Shown here piece after piece: positions 14,744 through 27,287 of a stretch of DNA of 64,000 bases. A program made the position numbers and the translations under genes. The notes beneath the pieces were generated by a model, which worked only from the letters and a program-made list of their open reading frames with translations, was not told the origin of the DNA and did not search any database. How positions within the stretch are numbered: position 1 is the stretch's first letter; each line of letters opens with the position of its first letter. This stretch comes from the human T2T-CHM13v2.0 reference genome, Homo sapiens: NCBI RefSeq assembly GCF_009914755.1, contig NC_060926.1; one strand, given 5' to 3'.

Positions 14744-15440
14744 TTTTTTTTTTTTACATTATACTTTAAGTTCTAGGGTACATGTGCACAATGTGCAGGT
14801 TTGTTACATACGTATACATGTGCCATGTTGGTTTGCTGCACCCATCAACTAGTCATTTACATTAGGTATTTCTCATAATGCTATCCCCCTCCAACCTCTC
14901 ATCCCCTGACAGGCCCCGGTGTGTGATGTTTCCTGCCCTGTGTCCATGTGCTCTTGTTGTTCAACTCCCACTTATGAGTGTGAACATGCAGTGTTTGGTT
15001 TTCTGTCCTTGTGATAGTTTGCTGAGAATGATGGTTTCCAGCTTCATCCATGTCCCTGCAAAGGACATGAACTCATCCTTTTTTATGGCTGCATAGTATT
15101 CCATGATGTATATGTGCCACATTTTCTTAGTCCAGTGTATCATTGATGGACATTTGGGTTGGTTCCAAGTCTTTGTAATTGTGAATAGTGCCACAATAAA
15201 CATACGTGTGCATGTGTCTTTATGGTAGCATGATTTATAATCCTTTGGGTATATATCCAGTAATGGGATCACTGGGTCAAATGGTACTTCTAGTTCTAGA
15301 TCCTTGAAGAATCACTTAGAGAACCACTGCTCTCTTCAAAGCTCAGTTGGAAATGCAGAAATCACCTGTCTTCTGTTTCGATCTCGCTGGGAGCTGCAGA
15401 CTGGAGCTGTTCCTATTCGGCCATCTTGGAAGCGACTCCC
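14744..15440 (-). mobile_element. Mini-L1PA (about L1PA5-6): spliced 5'UTR joined to the 3' ~580 bp
   Basis: Poly-T tail and L1PA 3'UTR/ORF2 C-terminus (ORF 14961-15272 YKSCYHKDTCTRMFI..WNQPKCP). The L1 5' terminus lies at 15342-15440. TSD ccatttcat(t/g)tttt at 14736-14749 and 15440-15453. Confidence 0.9.
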
Positions 15441-15512
15441 CATTTCATGTTTTCAAATATGTTCTTCCCTCTGCCTAATTTGTCCGCTTCACCCCACATA
15501 TAGCTTTCTCTC

Positions 15513-16590
15513 TGATATGGATGATAATCCTAAAAGACACAATCCCAAATGCCATAATCATAAATATTGAAATTCTAGAAGCCCTTAAATTCAGAATCTC
15601 TGAGGTCCAAAATCTCTAACTTTTAAAATTCTGTAAGTCACAATTCTAAAAGATTGAAATCTCAAATGTTGAAACCCTTAAAGCTGGATTCTAAAAAATG
15701 TGTTAGTGTGTTTTTGGTTGTACGCAAGATGGTTGCATCATATTAGTTGCATTGTGTTAGATAGAACTTTTACCTTGTTATTGCCTTTATTTTGAAATTA
15801 AGTAAGGTTTAAGGAAGTACATATGGGTGCCAAGTTGACAAAGAATAGACTCGTGGACTGAATATTAGGTGTCAATTTGACTGGATTATAGAATACTGTA
15901 TTAGTACATTTTCACACTGCTATAAAAAAACTACCTGATACTGGGTAATTTTTAAAGAAAACAGGTTTAATTGACTCATTATGGCATGGCTGAGAAGGCC
16001 TCAGGAAACTTACAATCATGGCAAAAGCCAAAGGCTAAGCAAGGCACGTCTTACATGGTGCCAGGAGAAAGAGAGAGCAGGGGAGATAATGCCACACACT
16101 TTTAAACAATCAGATCTCATGAGAACTCACTCACTATCATGAGAACAGCATCAGGGAAATCTGTTTCCATGATTCAGTCACCTTCCACCAGATCCCTCTC
16201 TTGAAACATGGGTATTACAATTTGAGATGAGATTTGGGTGGGGACACAGAGCCAAACCATATCAGAAATCTAGAAACCTGGTAAAGCATTATTTTGAGCG
16301 AATTTCTGAGGGTGTTTCCAGATTAGTGTGAGTCTGAGTGGACTAGATGAGGAACATCTGTCCTCAATGGTGAGGAACAGCATCAGATCAGCCAGGGGCC
16401 CAGATACAATGAATATAGAAGGCAAATTAGTCTCTCTCCAAGTGTTGGGACAGACTTTACCTCTCCTACCTCGGACTGAAGAACTCCGTGATCACCAGCC
16501 TTTGGACTCTAAGGCTTACACTAGTGGCTTCCTCAGTCCTGAAGCTTTCAGCCTTGGATTGAGAGTTATGCTATCAGCTTCCCTAGTTCT
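15513..16590 (+). mobile_element. Ricksha (MULE-family DNA transposon) left part carrying an ERVL 3' internal segment and an MLT2B-type LTR
   Basis: Subterminal aatcc/aaatct-type short repeats at 15520-15690. ERVL 3' end with PPT (gggtgccaagttgacaaagaatagact) follows, then MLT2B-like LTR (ggtgtcaatttgactggatt...ctggtaaagcattattttg...gagggtgtttcca). Confidence 0.75.
15897..16264 (-). mobile_element. Solo MaLR LTR (THE1D/MSTA-like) inserted in the Ricksha-borne MLT2B LTR
   Basis: Runs from tgtattagt to gggacacagagccaaaccatatca with both termini intact. The host LTR resumes after it. Confidence 0.9.
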
Positions 16591-17094
16591 GTCACCTCTT
16601 TTGTTAAAACCAACACCAACTTTAATTTCTGAATTACTAAGTAGTGCCTATTTCCACTTTAAAATATCAACTAATAGTTGCTTAGCACACCTGATATGTA
16701 TTCAGCATTTTGATTAAAAAATGTAACTTAAAAATAATATAATATTTAGCAATGACATATATAAAGTATATCTGATCATACTCTTTTCAAAAAATCTGTT
16801 GACCCATTTTTTTATGAGGTATTATTTTTACAGTATCAGTGAACATAATATACCTCTAGCTTCTATTAAAATAACACATTTATTTGTGAATGTAGAAACT
16901 GGTTATATAAACAAATTTTATAGAAAAACTTGGGGTGCTATTAGTCAATATTTATTTATGTATTTTATAATTTCAATGAACAGCAATGTTAGGTTTTTTC
17001 ATTTTTATGTATTATTTGTGGATCTTTTAGGAATTTTCTCTTTAGATACTTTATACACCATTTTATTAGAGTATCTGAAGGGTATTTAATTGAC

Positions 17095-17810
17095 TAGCCA
17101 ATGTGATTCACCACATGAGCAGAATGAAAGTAAAAATGACATGATTATCTCAATAGATACAAAAAAAGTATTTGACAAAATATAATACAGTTTATGGCAA
17201 AACTCTAAACAAACTAGGTGTAGAAGGAATTTATCTCAAAATAAGGAAGGCCATATATCACAAGCCCACAGCTATCATCATATTCAAGGGTAAAAATGGA
17301 AAACTTTTTCTCTAATATCAGAAACAAGGCAGAGATGCATACTCTGGCCACTTTTCTCAAAATAGTATAGGAAGTCCTAGTCAGGGCAAATATACAAGAA
17401 AAAAAAATAAAAGGCATCTAAATTGGAAAGGAAGATGTAAAGTTATCAGTAGTAGAAGATGATATGATGTCACATGTAGCAAACCCTAAAGATTCGAAAA
17501 AAAGCTTTTGGAACTAATGAATTAAACACAGTTACAGAATATAAGCATCAACATACAATAGTCAGTTGTTATTTTTATACTCAAACAGTGAACCATCAAA
17601 AAAGAAATTGATTAAACATTTCCATTTACCACAGCATTCAAATGAATAAATACTTATGAGTAAAGTTAACCAAGAACATGAAAAACTTGTACACTGAAGT
17701 CTATAAAACTTTGGTAAAAAATTAAAGACACAAATAAATAGGAATATATCCTGTGTTTATGGATTGGAAGACTTAACATTTTAAAGTGTCTGTATTACCC
17801 AAAGCCTATG
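17095..17810 (+). mobile_element. Old L1M ORF2 (RT-domain) fragment
   Basis: catgattatctcaatagatacaaaaaaagtatttgacaaaat ([15 protein letters not shown]-like) and gaagatgatatgat (ADDM-like), all decayed. Confidence 0.8.
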
Positions 17811-18049
17811 TTGAAAGCCTGAGTTACTTAGAATCATAAATTTCAACTTCTCACAAAAATTCTACATCTCAAGAATTCACTTAGACTAGTGATCCACACA
17901 ATTTTTCTTTATATGATGGCATGCAGGCAGTGTCCTCATAGGCTTATCTTTTTTCATAATGTTTTATTTTTGCCTGAGAATTCTGAAGACTGAAAATTCA
18001 GCAATCTCAAAACTGAATACAGTAATTTTAAATCTTGAACTATTTTTTT

Positions 18050-18350
18050 CTTCTTAGTATATTACCTCAGTGAATGATAAGATCATCTACCCTTGCAGAT
18101 ACTCAACCTTGAAATCTAGGGGTTATAGTTGATTCTTCATTTTCCCTTCCTTTCACCTTACAAAACATATTCAGTTAATAATTTCTTGACATTTCTTCTA
18201 CTCAATCTTACCAGTGCTTTTCTTTCCCAGTGTGGATTTTTCCTCCTGTCTTCTAATTGTATCCTCCTAACTGGTGTTCCTGCTTTCAATCCCGCACCCT
18301 AACATAATTCTCCTCTGAATAACCATGGTTACTTTTATAAATGACTTATT
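18050..18350 (+). mobile_element. L2 fragment
   Basis: ctcagtgaatg...aaatctaggggttatagttgattc...ctcctaactggtgttcctgctttc resembles L2. Confidence 0.55.
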
Positions 18351-20631
18351 CTACCAGTTCTCATTAATCTTAGTTAGGACTAGACATTTCTTTTCTCCCT
18401 GCGCACAGTACAGGACCTTCCCTTGAAATATTAATAGTTTCAAAGGGACATTGGACACATATTTAGTTATTAGAATAGTTCACCTTAGTAGTGCAGTTGG
18501 ATAAGACAAACATTTTATGAAGATCAAGAACCAGCATGAAGTCTCGGGACCTCTCAAAAATCTTGGCCGTTTGAAAGATAAAATTCACAGTGGGCAATCA
18601 TCTATGTTTCCTTTCATTGTTAGATTTAGGAGGGATTTAGAATCACATTCCCAACTCTCTCCAAGGCCATAATATAATTGCAAATTAATCATTAAAAAAT
18701 TATATATTTCTTTAATTGTGGATCTAAATTAATTTTTGTTTAGTGATGCCTTCACTTCTTATCAAATATGGCATACAATAGTTTACTTGGTGGATTGCTT
18801 TTATTTACAAATCATTAGTATAGTCTGCTTTACATATTTCCTTTTGCATAAAATACTACATTTTAAAATTTTGATGGATTTTTCTTTATTTTGTTTGTTA
18901 CATTTAGCTATATTTATAGGCCAATGGCAAATAAAACTAAGTTAAATTTGAAGGTTTCTCAGAAAAAGCCTTTGAAAGTGCTACTGGGGGAATTAATTCA
19001 ACCTGTCTTTTGTTTCTCACTCTAGTTCTTTTATGTTTAAAAATATTAGAATAGCTAATGGATAAAAATTGCAGCTTAGCTTATGATTCCCAGACACTCA
19101 CTGTGAGCTCTTTCATCTCCCTTTGATCCTTAAGAAAGCCAAATTTACTTAAATTGCTCTTTTAAAAAATTCATTTCATCCTTTTGGCTTATCTTTTATT
19201 CTTCAACATGTAAACCTTGTTTATAGACCTAAATATCTTCTAAAAATTAGACTCAAGGTGGTCAAGCTTGCAGTATAGTATTTCAATTGTAATTATGAAT
19301 GCATGCAATTTTAGAATCTGTGCTATAAGCATAATTACTTTAAAAGTTTTCTCTGAATTTATGTTATGGTTTGTATTGCTTTTCCCTTCACATTTAATAG
19401 ATTATTGGACAGGAACCACAAGCTTAGGAAAAAAAAATATACTAAGCCAAAGTTCAGATTCTATGATGAACCGTGTTTTTTTTTTTTTTCTTTTTCCTCT
19501 ACCCTATTTTTCTGTGAAGATATATCCATCAGAAGCAAAGCTGCCTTGTCAATGAGAAAATCCTTAATAGGCTGACCTTTAGCTTGTGGAGGGCCAAAAC
19601 TGAAATCCAACAGGTTACTTTTAATTAGTTAAGACGTCACTTCAAGAAAAACATAGTGAAACAAAGTCATAATTCTGGTAGACATTTTGTTCAACTGGGA
19701 TTTGGAAAAAGCTGACAGGAGGCAATGCTGTCAAGCTTTAATGACTTCTTGAGCCCGAGTGACAACACAACATTTCATTATAAGTAGGTCAAGGTTAGTT
19801 TGTCACTCAGTGGCTACACGGGTATCTATCATGATCCCTAGTGCACATATCAGAATAAAATCAGAAAAAAATGAAGGAGAACAAATTTATGTTATCGATT
19901 TATTTCTCTCCTGTCAACAATTATAAATTTATCAGAAGTATAGGATTTGTATAGTAAAAAAATTATAAAACAAAACAATAACATATTTATAACTTATGTA
20001 TTTCTATATATACCATTTAAGCAAATGATTAAATTGACAAATTCAGATTAATCTATAGATTATTTTTTCAACTCTGGGAGAGAACTTAATAAGCTTACAT
20101 TTATTGATAAATTTCATTACTTTGTGAATATATTAACTAATGAATAAAGTTTAATAGGGAATTTTAATTGGTGATGCACAAATAAAGCTAGCTTGTTTTT
20201 ATTGCTGTAGTAATTAAAGATATGTTTTTCTCTCCTGGAATTCACTTTCCACCTTTCTACTAACACTAAATCTCTCATCTACTGAAGACTGAGAAGGAAA
20301 TAATCAAATTTGCCTTTATCTTGCTTTTACTCAAAATTATTCTTCAAGCTCATTCTTGTTCAGCTTTGTTTTCCATTACACAATTTTTTTCTAACAATTT
20401 AAAACAAATCAAGAAACAAAAAATAGAAAGAACTGGAATCAAAGATGTGTATATATATATAAGCATATATTGACATATATGCACATATACATATATGTAT
20501 ATAACTATCAAATAATGTAAAATGAAAATAAATCAACGTAAACTTCATTTCTTTTATTTTTGTACATCTAGTAGCATGGCTTCATTTTCAGCTTCTTGTG
20601 GTAGTTTTTAATTTGAAAAAAAGTAAATATT

Positions 20632-20923
20632 AGCTGGGCACGGTGGCTTATGCCTGTAATCCCAGCACTTTGGGAGGCTGAGGCAGGAGGATCACGAGAT
20701 CAAGAGATCAAGACCATCCTGGCCAACATGATGAAACCCCGTCTCTACTGAAAATACAAAAATTAGCTGGGTGTGGAGGTGTGCACCTTTAGTCTCAGCT
20801 ACTCAGGAGTGTGAGGAGGGAGAATCACTTGAACCCAGGATGCAGGGGCTGCAGTTAGCCGAGATTGCGCCACTGCACTCCAGACTGGGCGACAGAGTGA
20901 GACTCCATCCCCCAAAAGAAAAC
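20632..20923 (+). mobile_element. Alu (AluSc-like)
   Basis: gatcacgagatcaagagatcaagaccatcctggcc. TSD aaagtaaatatta at 20620-20632 and 20924-20936. Confidence 0.95.
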
Positions 20924-21572
20924 AAAGTAAATATTATGTGTAGTTTATGACTAAATCACAGAAGTATAGGGGGAAGTGTAATCAGCTACAATCAAATCAT
21001 TGTAAATATTTTGTTGCTTTCTGTCCAGCATTTGTCACACAACTTTCCCTGGATTCTGTGAAAATCCCCCTGATGCCAGTTTCCCCATACCTGGGCCTTA
21101 TGGGTAAATTCAGCTTATTTACATTTGAGGTACACTATAGACCAAAGAGTATTAAGATATGAACTATTCATTTTACATAGGTTTTAGATGTGTGCTAATA
21201 GAGTGCCCCCATTTATTTTACTTCCAAATTAAGGTTTGCATCATCTCTGCTCAATTGATATGGCATCTATGAAATTACTTAAATAGAGTATAGAAGAGAT
21301 ACTTTCCCAAATAAAATCTTTAAGTGTCTCCTTAGAGCAATCCCAGCTTCTTCCCAACTCCTTAGCCAGTAGAATGTTTACTTCATGCCCCAAATATGAG
21401 AGCCCAGTGGTTCCTAGAGCTTTACTAGCATAAACATAGCTACATCCAATTTATCTTCCCCTTTTTTTCCTCCTCTATGTCCACACAAATTGGTGACCTA
21501 CATTTGGTGACAGTAGAATGTAACAAGCTATTTTACTGCAAAATGATTTGTATGTTAACGTTTTACCCAATA

Positions 21573-23879
21573 TGATAGGATTTGGCTGTGTCCCCACCCA
21601 AATCTCATCTTGATTTGTAGCTCCCATAATCCCCATAGGTCATAGGGAGGGACCTAAATGGGAGGTAACTGAATCATGTGGACAGGTTTTCCTCATGCTG
21701 TTCTCATGTTAGTGAATAAATCTCACAAGATCTGATAGTTTTATAAAAGGCAGGTCCCTTGCACACACTCTCTTTCCTGCAGCGATGTAAGAAGTGACTT
21801 TGCTCCTCCTTCACATTTCACCATGATTGTGAGGCCTCCCCAGCCACGTGGAACTGTGATGCCATTAAATCTCTTTTCATTATAAATTATCCAGTCTCAG
21901 TTATGTCTTTATTACCAGCATGAAAACAGACGAATACAGTAAATCGGTACTGATACATTGGGGTGCTGCTATAAGGATACCCAAAGATGTGGAAGTGACT
22001 TTGGAACTGGGTAACAAGCAAAGGCTGGAATAGTTTGGAGGACTCAAAAGAAGATGGGAAAATTTGGAACTTCCTAGAGACTTGGAGGGCTCAGGAGACA
22101 GGAAGATGGGAGAAAGTTTGGAACTTCCTAGAGTCTTGTTAAATGGCTTTGACCAATATGCTGATAGTGATTTGCAAAAGGTAGTTCAGGTTGAGGTGGT
22201 CTCAGATGGAGATGAGGAACTTTTTGGGAATGAGGCAGAGTAAAGGTGATTCTTGCTATACTTTAGTAAAGAGACTGACAGCATTTTGCTCCTGTCCTAG
22301 AAATCTGTGGAACTTTGAACTTGAGAGACATAGATGATTTAGGGTATCTGGCAGAAGAAATTTCTAAGCAGCAAAGAGTTCAAGAAAAAGCAGAACATGA
22401 ACGTTTGAAAAAATTGTCATCTGATAATGTAGTAGAAAAGAAAAACCCATTTCCTGGGGAGAAATTCAAGCCAGCTGCAGAAATTTGCATAAATAATGAG
22501 GAGCCAAATGCTAATCACCAAGAAAATGGGGAAAATGACTGCAGGGCATGTCAGAGACCTTTGTGGCAGTCCCTCCTATCACAGGCCTGGAGGCCTAGAA
22601 GGAAAAAGTGGTTTTGTAGGCCGTGTCCAGCCCCTACCAGCCTGCTGTGTGCAATCTCAGGACTTGGTGCCCTGTGTCCCAGCCATAACTGAAAGGGGCC
22701 AGCAGACAGCTCGGGCCATGGCTTCAGAGGGTGCAAGCCCCAAGCCTTGGCAGCTTCCACATGGCACTGAGCCTGCAGGTGCACAGAAGTCAACAATTGA
22801 GGTTTAGGAACCCCTGCCTAGATATCAGAGGGTATATGGAAATGCCTGGATGCCCATGCAGAAGTTTGCTGCAAGGGGTGTAGATCTCATGGGGAGCCTC
22901 TGCTAGGGCAGTGCAGAAGGCGAATGTAGGGTGAGAGCCCTCACACAGAATTCCCCCTGGAGGACTGCCTAGTGGAGCTCTGAGAAGAGGGCCACTGTCC
23001 TCCAGACCCCAGAATGGTAGATCCACTGATGGCTTGCACCATGCACCTGGAAAAGTCACAGGCACTCAATGCCAGCCTGTGAAGGCAGCCAAGAGGGGGA
23101 CTGTACCCAGCAAACCCACAGAGATGGAGCTGCCCACGGCTGTGGAACCCCACCTCTTGCATCAGTGTGACCTGGATGTGAGACACAGAGTCAAAGGTGA
23201 AGATTTTGGAGCTTTAAGATTTGACTGCCCTTCTGCATTTTGAACTTGCATGGGGCCTGTAGCTCCTTCATTTTGTCTAATTTCTCCCATTTGGAATGGG
23301 TGTATTTACCCAGTGCCTGTACCCCCATTGTATCTAGGAAGTAACTTGCTTTAGATTTTACAGGCTCATAGGAAGAAGGGACTTGCCTTGCCTCACATGA
23401 GACTTTGGACTGTGGGCTTTTGAGTTAATGCTGAAATGAGTTAAGACATTGAGGGACTGTTGGGAAGGCACGACTGGTTTTCAAATGTGAGGGCATGAGA
23501 TTTAGGAGGGGCCAGAAGCAGGATGATATGGTTTGGTCCTGTGTCCCCACCCAAATTTCCTCTTAAACTGTAGCTCCCATAATCCCCATATGTCATGGGA
23601 GAGACCCGGTGGGAGGTTATTGAATCATTAGGGTGGGTTTTTCCTGTGCTGTTCTCATGATAATGAATAAGTCTCAAAATGATGGTTTATGTAGGGCAGT
23701 TCCCCAGGTCTCTTGCCTGCTGCCTTGTAAGATGTGTCTTTGCTCATCCTTCACCTTCTGCCATGATTGTGAGACCTCTCCAGCCATGTGGAAATGTAAG
23801 TTCATTAAATCTTTTTTTTTAAATAAATTATGGAGTCTTGGGTATGTCTTTATTAGCAGCATGAGAATGGACTAATATG
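21573..23879 (+). mobile_element. Complete THE1 (THE1B/C-like) MaLR provirus: LTR 21573-21938, internal 21939-23523, LTR 23524-23879
   Basis: Two LTRs (tgat..tttgg..tgtgtccccacccaaat ... aatac/tg). Internal MaLR ORF remnants (DDLGYLAEEISKQQ). Perfect 5-bp TSD caata at 21568-21572 and 23880-23884. Confidence 0.95.
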
Positions 23880-25394
23880 CAATATTGATAGAGTAATTCT
23901 AATTTTTATAAAGGTAAATAAGTGAGGAAATGAGCTCACTAGTTCAGTTAGAAGCATACATACCTACCTAGAGAAAAATAGACACTACCTTATAGATGGT
24001 TGTAACAGCATGATTATAGATAGAGGGAAGGGATTGTTGGCTGCCCTCCTTAAAGACAACCTGCCACACATTCTTTTAAAGCGCATGTACTGTGGATAGT
24101 TGTAAGTATGCTATAGATATTGATTAATTTAATCTTCTTGAAAACACTAGGTGGCAATTATTTTATTCATGAGACAAGAATATATACACAAAGTAAAAAA
24201 TGGAAGTAATGTGGTAATTATGTATACCAGTCACTTTTCCACTCTCTCCCATCTTGAAATTGACTCCCCTATGTATAATTCCAGCACCATCCAAACATTA
24301 GTATTGGATATAGAGAAAGAAAGAGAAAGAAACATATGACAAAAGAGTCATGAAAGAAAAAATACATAGAGGCACTCACTTTTGAAATTTTATTTATAAT
24401 TCTTCTCAAATAAAATTTAATTTTACTTGAGACGAGTCTCAAAGCTTTTTATTAAGACAAAATACAATCTTGATTAATCTGACATTCCTTAATTGAATGA
24501 ATTATTATTTCTTGTTTTATAATAAAATTTCTCATTTTTGTCATAGGATTCTTTAACATTTCAAACTATGTGTTATCTATGTTACTAACTGTAGAGGTGC
24601 CAAGTACTAAATTTCCATGAAAGTTAACGATAATGTAATTTTAAATACATTCCTGTAATTTTTAAAGCTTTCCTTGTGTTGCCAACAATTAGAAAAAAGC
24701 ACTAAATAGGCTTAATTTGCAGCATATTCCCACTACTATAAACACTAGCATTCTACTAAGCAAGTACAAAAACATGATAGAGTTATAATTATAGACATTT
24801 TATTTTGCTTTAGAAAAAATCCAGTTCATGTATTAAATATGTCATGTTTAAAGTACCATTTTTCACTTTGTGAAATTTACCCAATCATCAATTAGAATAT
24901 TCAGTTTTAAAGATGAAATTCATATATAATTTAATTTATATTCTTTATTTCAACTCGCAAAATTATAAAAAACAAACTCTAAACTAAAATTGATTACTTT
25001 TACCATTATTTTACTCTATGCTGTTTTATAAACTTTTGCTTTCAAATATTTTAATAATGACTTTTAAAATTACATTATGCAGGACATCTATTAAAGTTCT
25101 AGAATTGGACTGCCTGGGTGAGAGCTCTGTCACAGCTTACAATTTGATAGACCTAGCAAAAGTTCTTAATACTTTTTTTAATCATATTTTTTCCAGTGGC
25201 TGATGCCATGCATTAATTCATCATACAAATTTTTCATTGAGTGCCTTCAAAGTGGTAGATAAGAATCTGGCCACTGTGGAAACAGAGGTGAGCAAAAACA
25301 AACATAGCTCTAGCATTCATACAACCTGTCTTTCTTCTTGAAATCAAATTCCTGACAATATGTAGCAAGAGACTTTTTTGGGAGGAATATGTAT

Positions 25395-25935
25395 TTTTTA
25401 TTAAGGTAAAATTTATATAATCAAAAACTAACCATTTGAAAACAATAAAATAAATGCTATTTAAAAAATAATAAATAAATGCTATTTCATATATTAATAT
25501 TCACATTGTTTTTAGTACATTCACAAGTTGCACAATTGTCATCTCCCTCTAGTTTAAAAACATTTTCACTGCCCTCAAATCAAACTTCTTACCCATTAAG
25601 CAGCTGCTGTCAATTCCCCCTGTCCTCAGATTACCCAACCAAGCAGTCTCCTTCTGTTTGCATGGATTTATCTACTCTGGATATTTCACAGAAATGAAAT
25701 GATATAATATAAAACGTATTGTAACTGTCTTCTTTCACCTAGCATTAAGTTTTCAAGTTCACTCACACTGTAGCAGATAATCTTTCATTCCTTTTTATGA
25801 CTGAATAACATTCCATTCTATGGATATATCACATTCTGTTTATCCATTCATTTACTGAAGGACATTTGGGTTGTTTCCACATTTTGGCTATTATGAATAG
25901 GCTACTATGAACATTTGTGCCCAAGGATTTGCTTA
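25395..25935 (-). mobile_element. L1MB-like 3'UTR fragment
   Basis: ttttattaaggtaaaattt...cattcacaagttgcacaa...ggacatttgggttgtttccacattttggctattatgaatag. Confidence 0.75.
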
Positions 25936-26129
25936 TTTTTAAAAAACATTTATAGATAATAATTGGGAGTCATGTGCTGTCCTGTAGTGGAGGAGCTGAA
26001 CATATTCTTTTCTTTCCATCCGATCTCCTTCAAGACCTCCCCATTGACCAAACCCAATCAAAAGCCAAAGAGCACAGGAATACATTGGTATAGTTTATAC
26101 ATGTCAGCTTCCCCAGCAGAGAACAGAAT

Positions 26130-26213
26130 GGAGTCAGAGGTTTCAGTGAGCAGAGAACATGCCACTGCATTTGGGAGACAGATTGAGACTTCGTCTCAAA
26201 TAAAATAAAATAA
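26130..26213 (+). mobile_element. Short Alu 3'-end fragment, probably a local copy of the Alu at 26521
   Basis: Shares the non-consensus gagtcagagg and gagaacatgccactgca variants and the (taaaa)n tail with 26577-26665. Confidence 0.8.
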
Positions 26214-26520
26214 TATAGATCAATGTCTAACTGCAATGTTTTTGGTGGTTGAACCAGTGTACCACTCCTGGCTTTGCACTGTTCTGCATTTTAACTGGTG
26301 ATCCAGATAAGCTCACCAATGCTGGAAATCTACTGGAGTCTCCAGATCTATTAAAACAGAAAAATGCAGTTAATATGAAACATATATTGGTGAAAACTTC
26401 TCTACATTCCTCTACATTGATGCCTCTTTCTTCTGTTACTGCTTTCAAAGATATTGTCACTCTGTTTCCTTTATTATTCACTGAGTTGAAACAAAAACAA
26501 AAACAAAACATATACTTTTT

Positions 26521-26679
26521 GTGGTGGCGCTCTCCAGCTGGTCAGGAGTCTGAGGCACGAGAATCACTCAAACCCGGGAGTCAGAGGTTGCAGTGAGCCG
26601 AGAACATGCCACTGCACTTTAGCCTGGGTGACAGACTGAGACTCCGTCTCAAATAAAATAAAATAAAATAAATAAAAAA
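26521..26679 (+). mobile_element. Alu right arm (5'-truncated) with (TAAAA)n tail
   Basis: gtggtggcgc...gagaatcactcaaacccgggag...gagactccgtctc followed by (taaaa)n. Confidence 0.9.
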
Positions 26680-27189
26680 CATAGTTATGACTTATGTTTC
26701 CTGACACAAATTATTTATAATAATAGTAGCTATTCTTGACTGAACTTACGTAATTTGCACATCTCAGGGCTGATAAGGAGCTGTTCAGCTTGTCTATCTC
26801 AAGATCCCATGCTGTTAACTACTACATTATGCTACTTATGCTGCTAGAGAGAACTGCACATGTTCTCATCATCTCGATGTTCCATTTTTGCCTCATTTTC
26901 TTGAAGTGAACACCCTGCACCACTTTTTCTAGGACTACCAGAATCTGCAACCTCTCTAAAATGAACACCTACACTCATTGAAAGTGTAAAACAACCTCCT
27001 CATTCTTGACAGAATATTTCCAACTTTCACTCCACAGTTAAAGTCTATGTCTAACAAAGCTGAGCTTCTTTGTTGGTTACAGATAGGCTACATTTTGACA
27101 TCCATGACAAATTTTATATGTGGAAGTAAGACCCACTTGAATTTGACTTCAAATTCAAGTTAACATTCATCATGTTATATATAACATGC

Positions 27190-27206
27190 TAGATAGATAG
27201 ATAGAT

Positions 27207-27255
<49 letters not shown>

Positions 27256-27287
27256 GATAGATAGATAGATAGTAGATAGATAGATAG
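27190..27287 (+). repeat. (TAGA)n/(GATA)n tetranucleotide STR, interrupted
   Basis: About 24 units are visible directly. Confidence 0.97.

Noticed and set aside
19460-19870. Unique-looking segment with a pyrimidine tract and a CRE-like gacgtca, as a possible exon or enhancer
   Set aside because: No convincing acceptor/donor pair. A single short motif is expected by chance, and conservation cannot be judged from the sequence alone.
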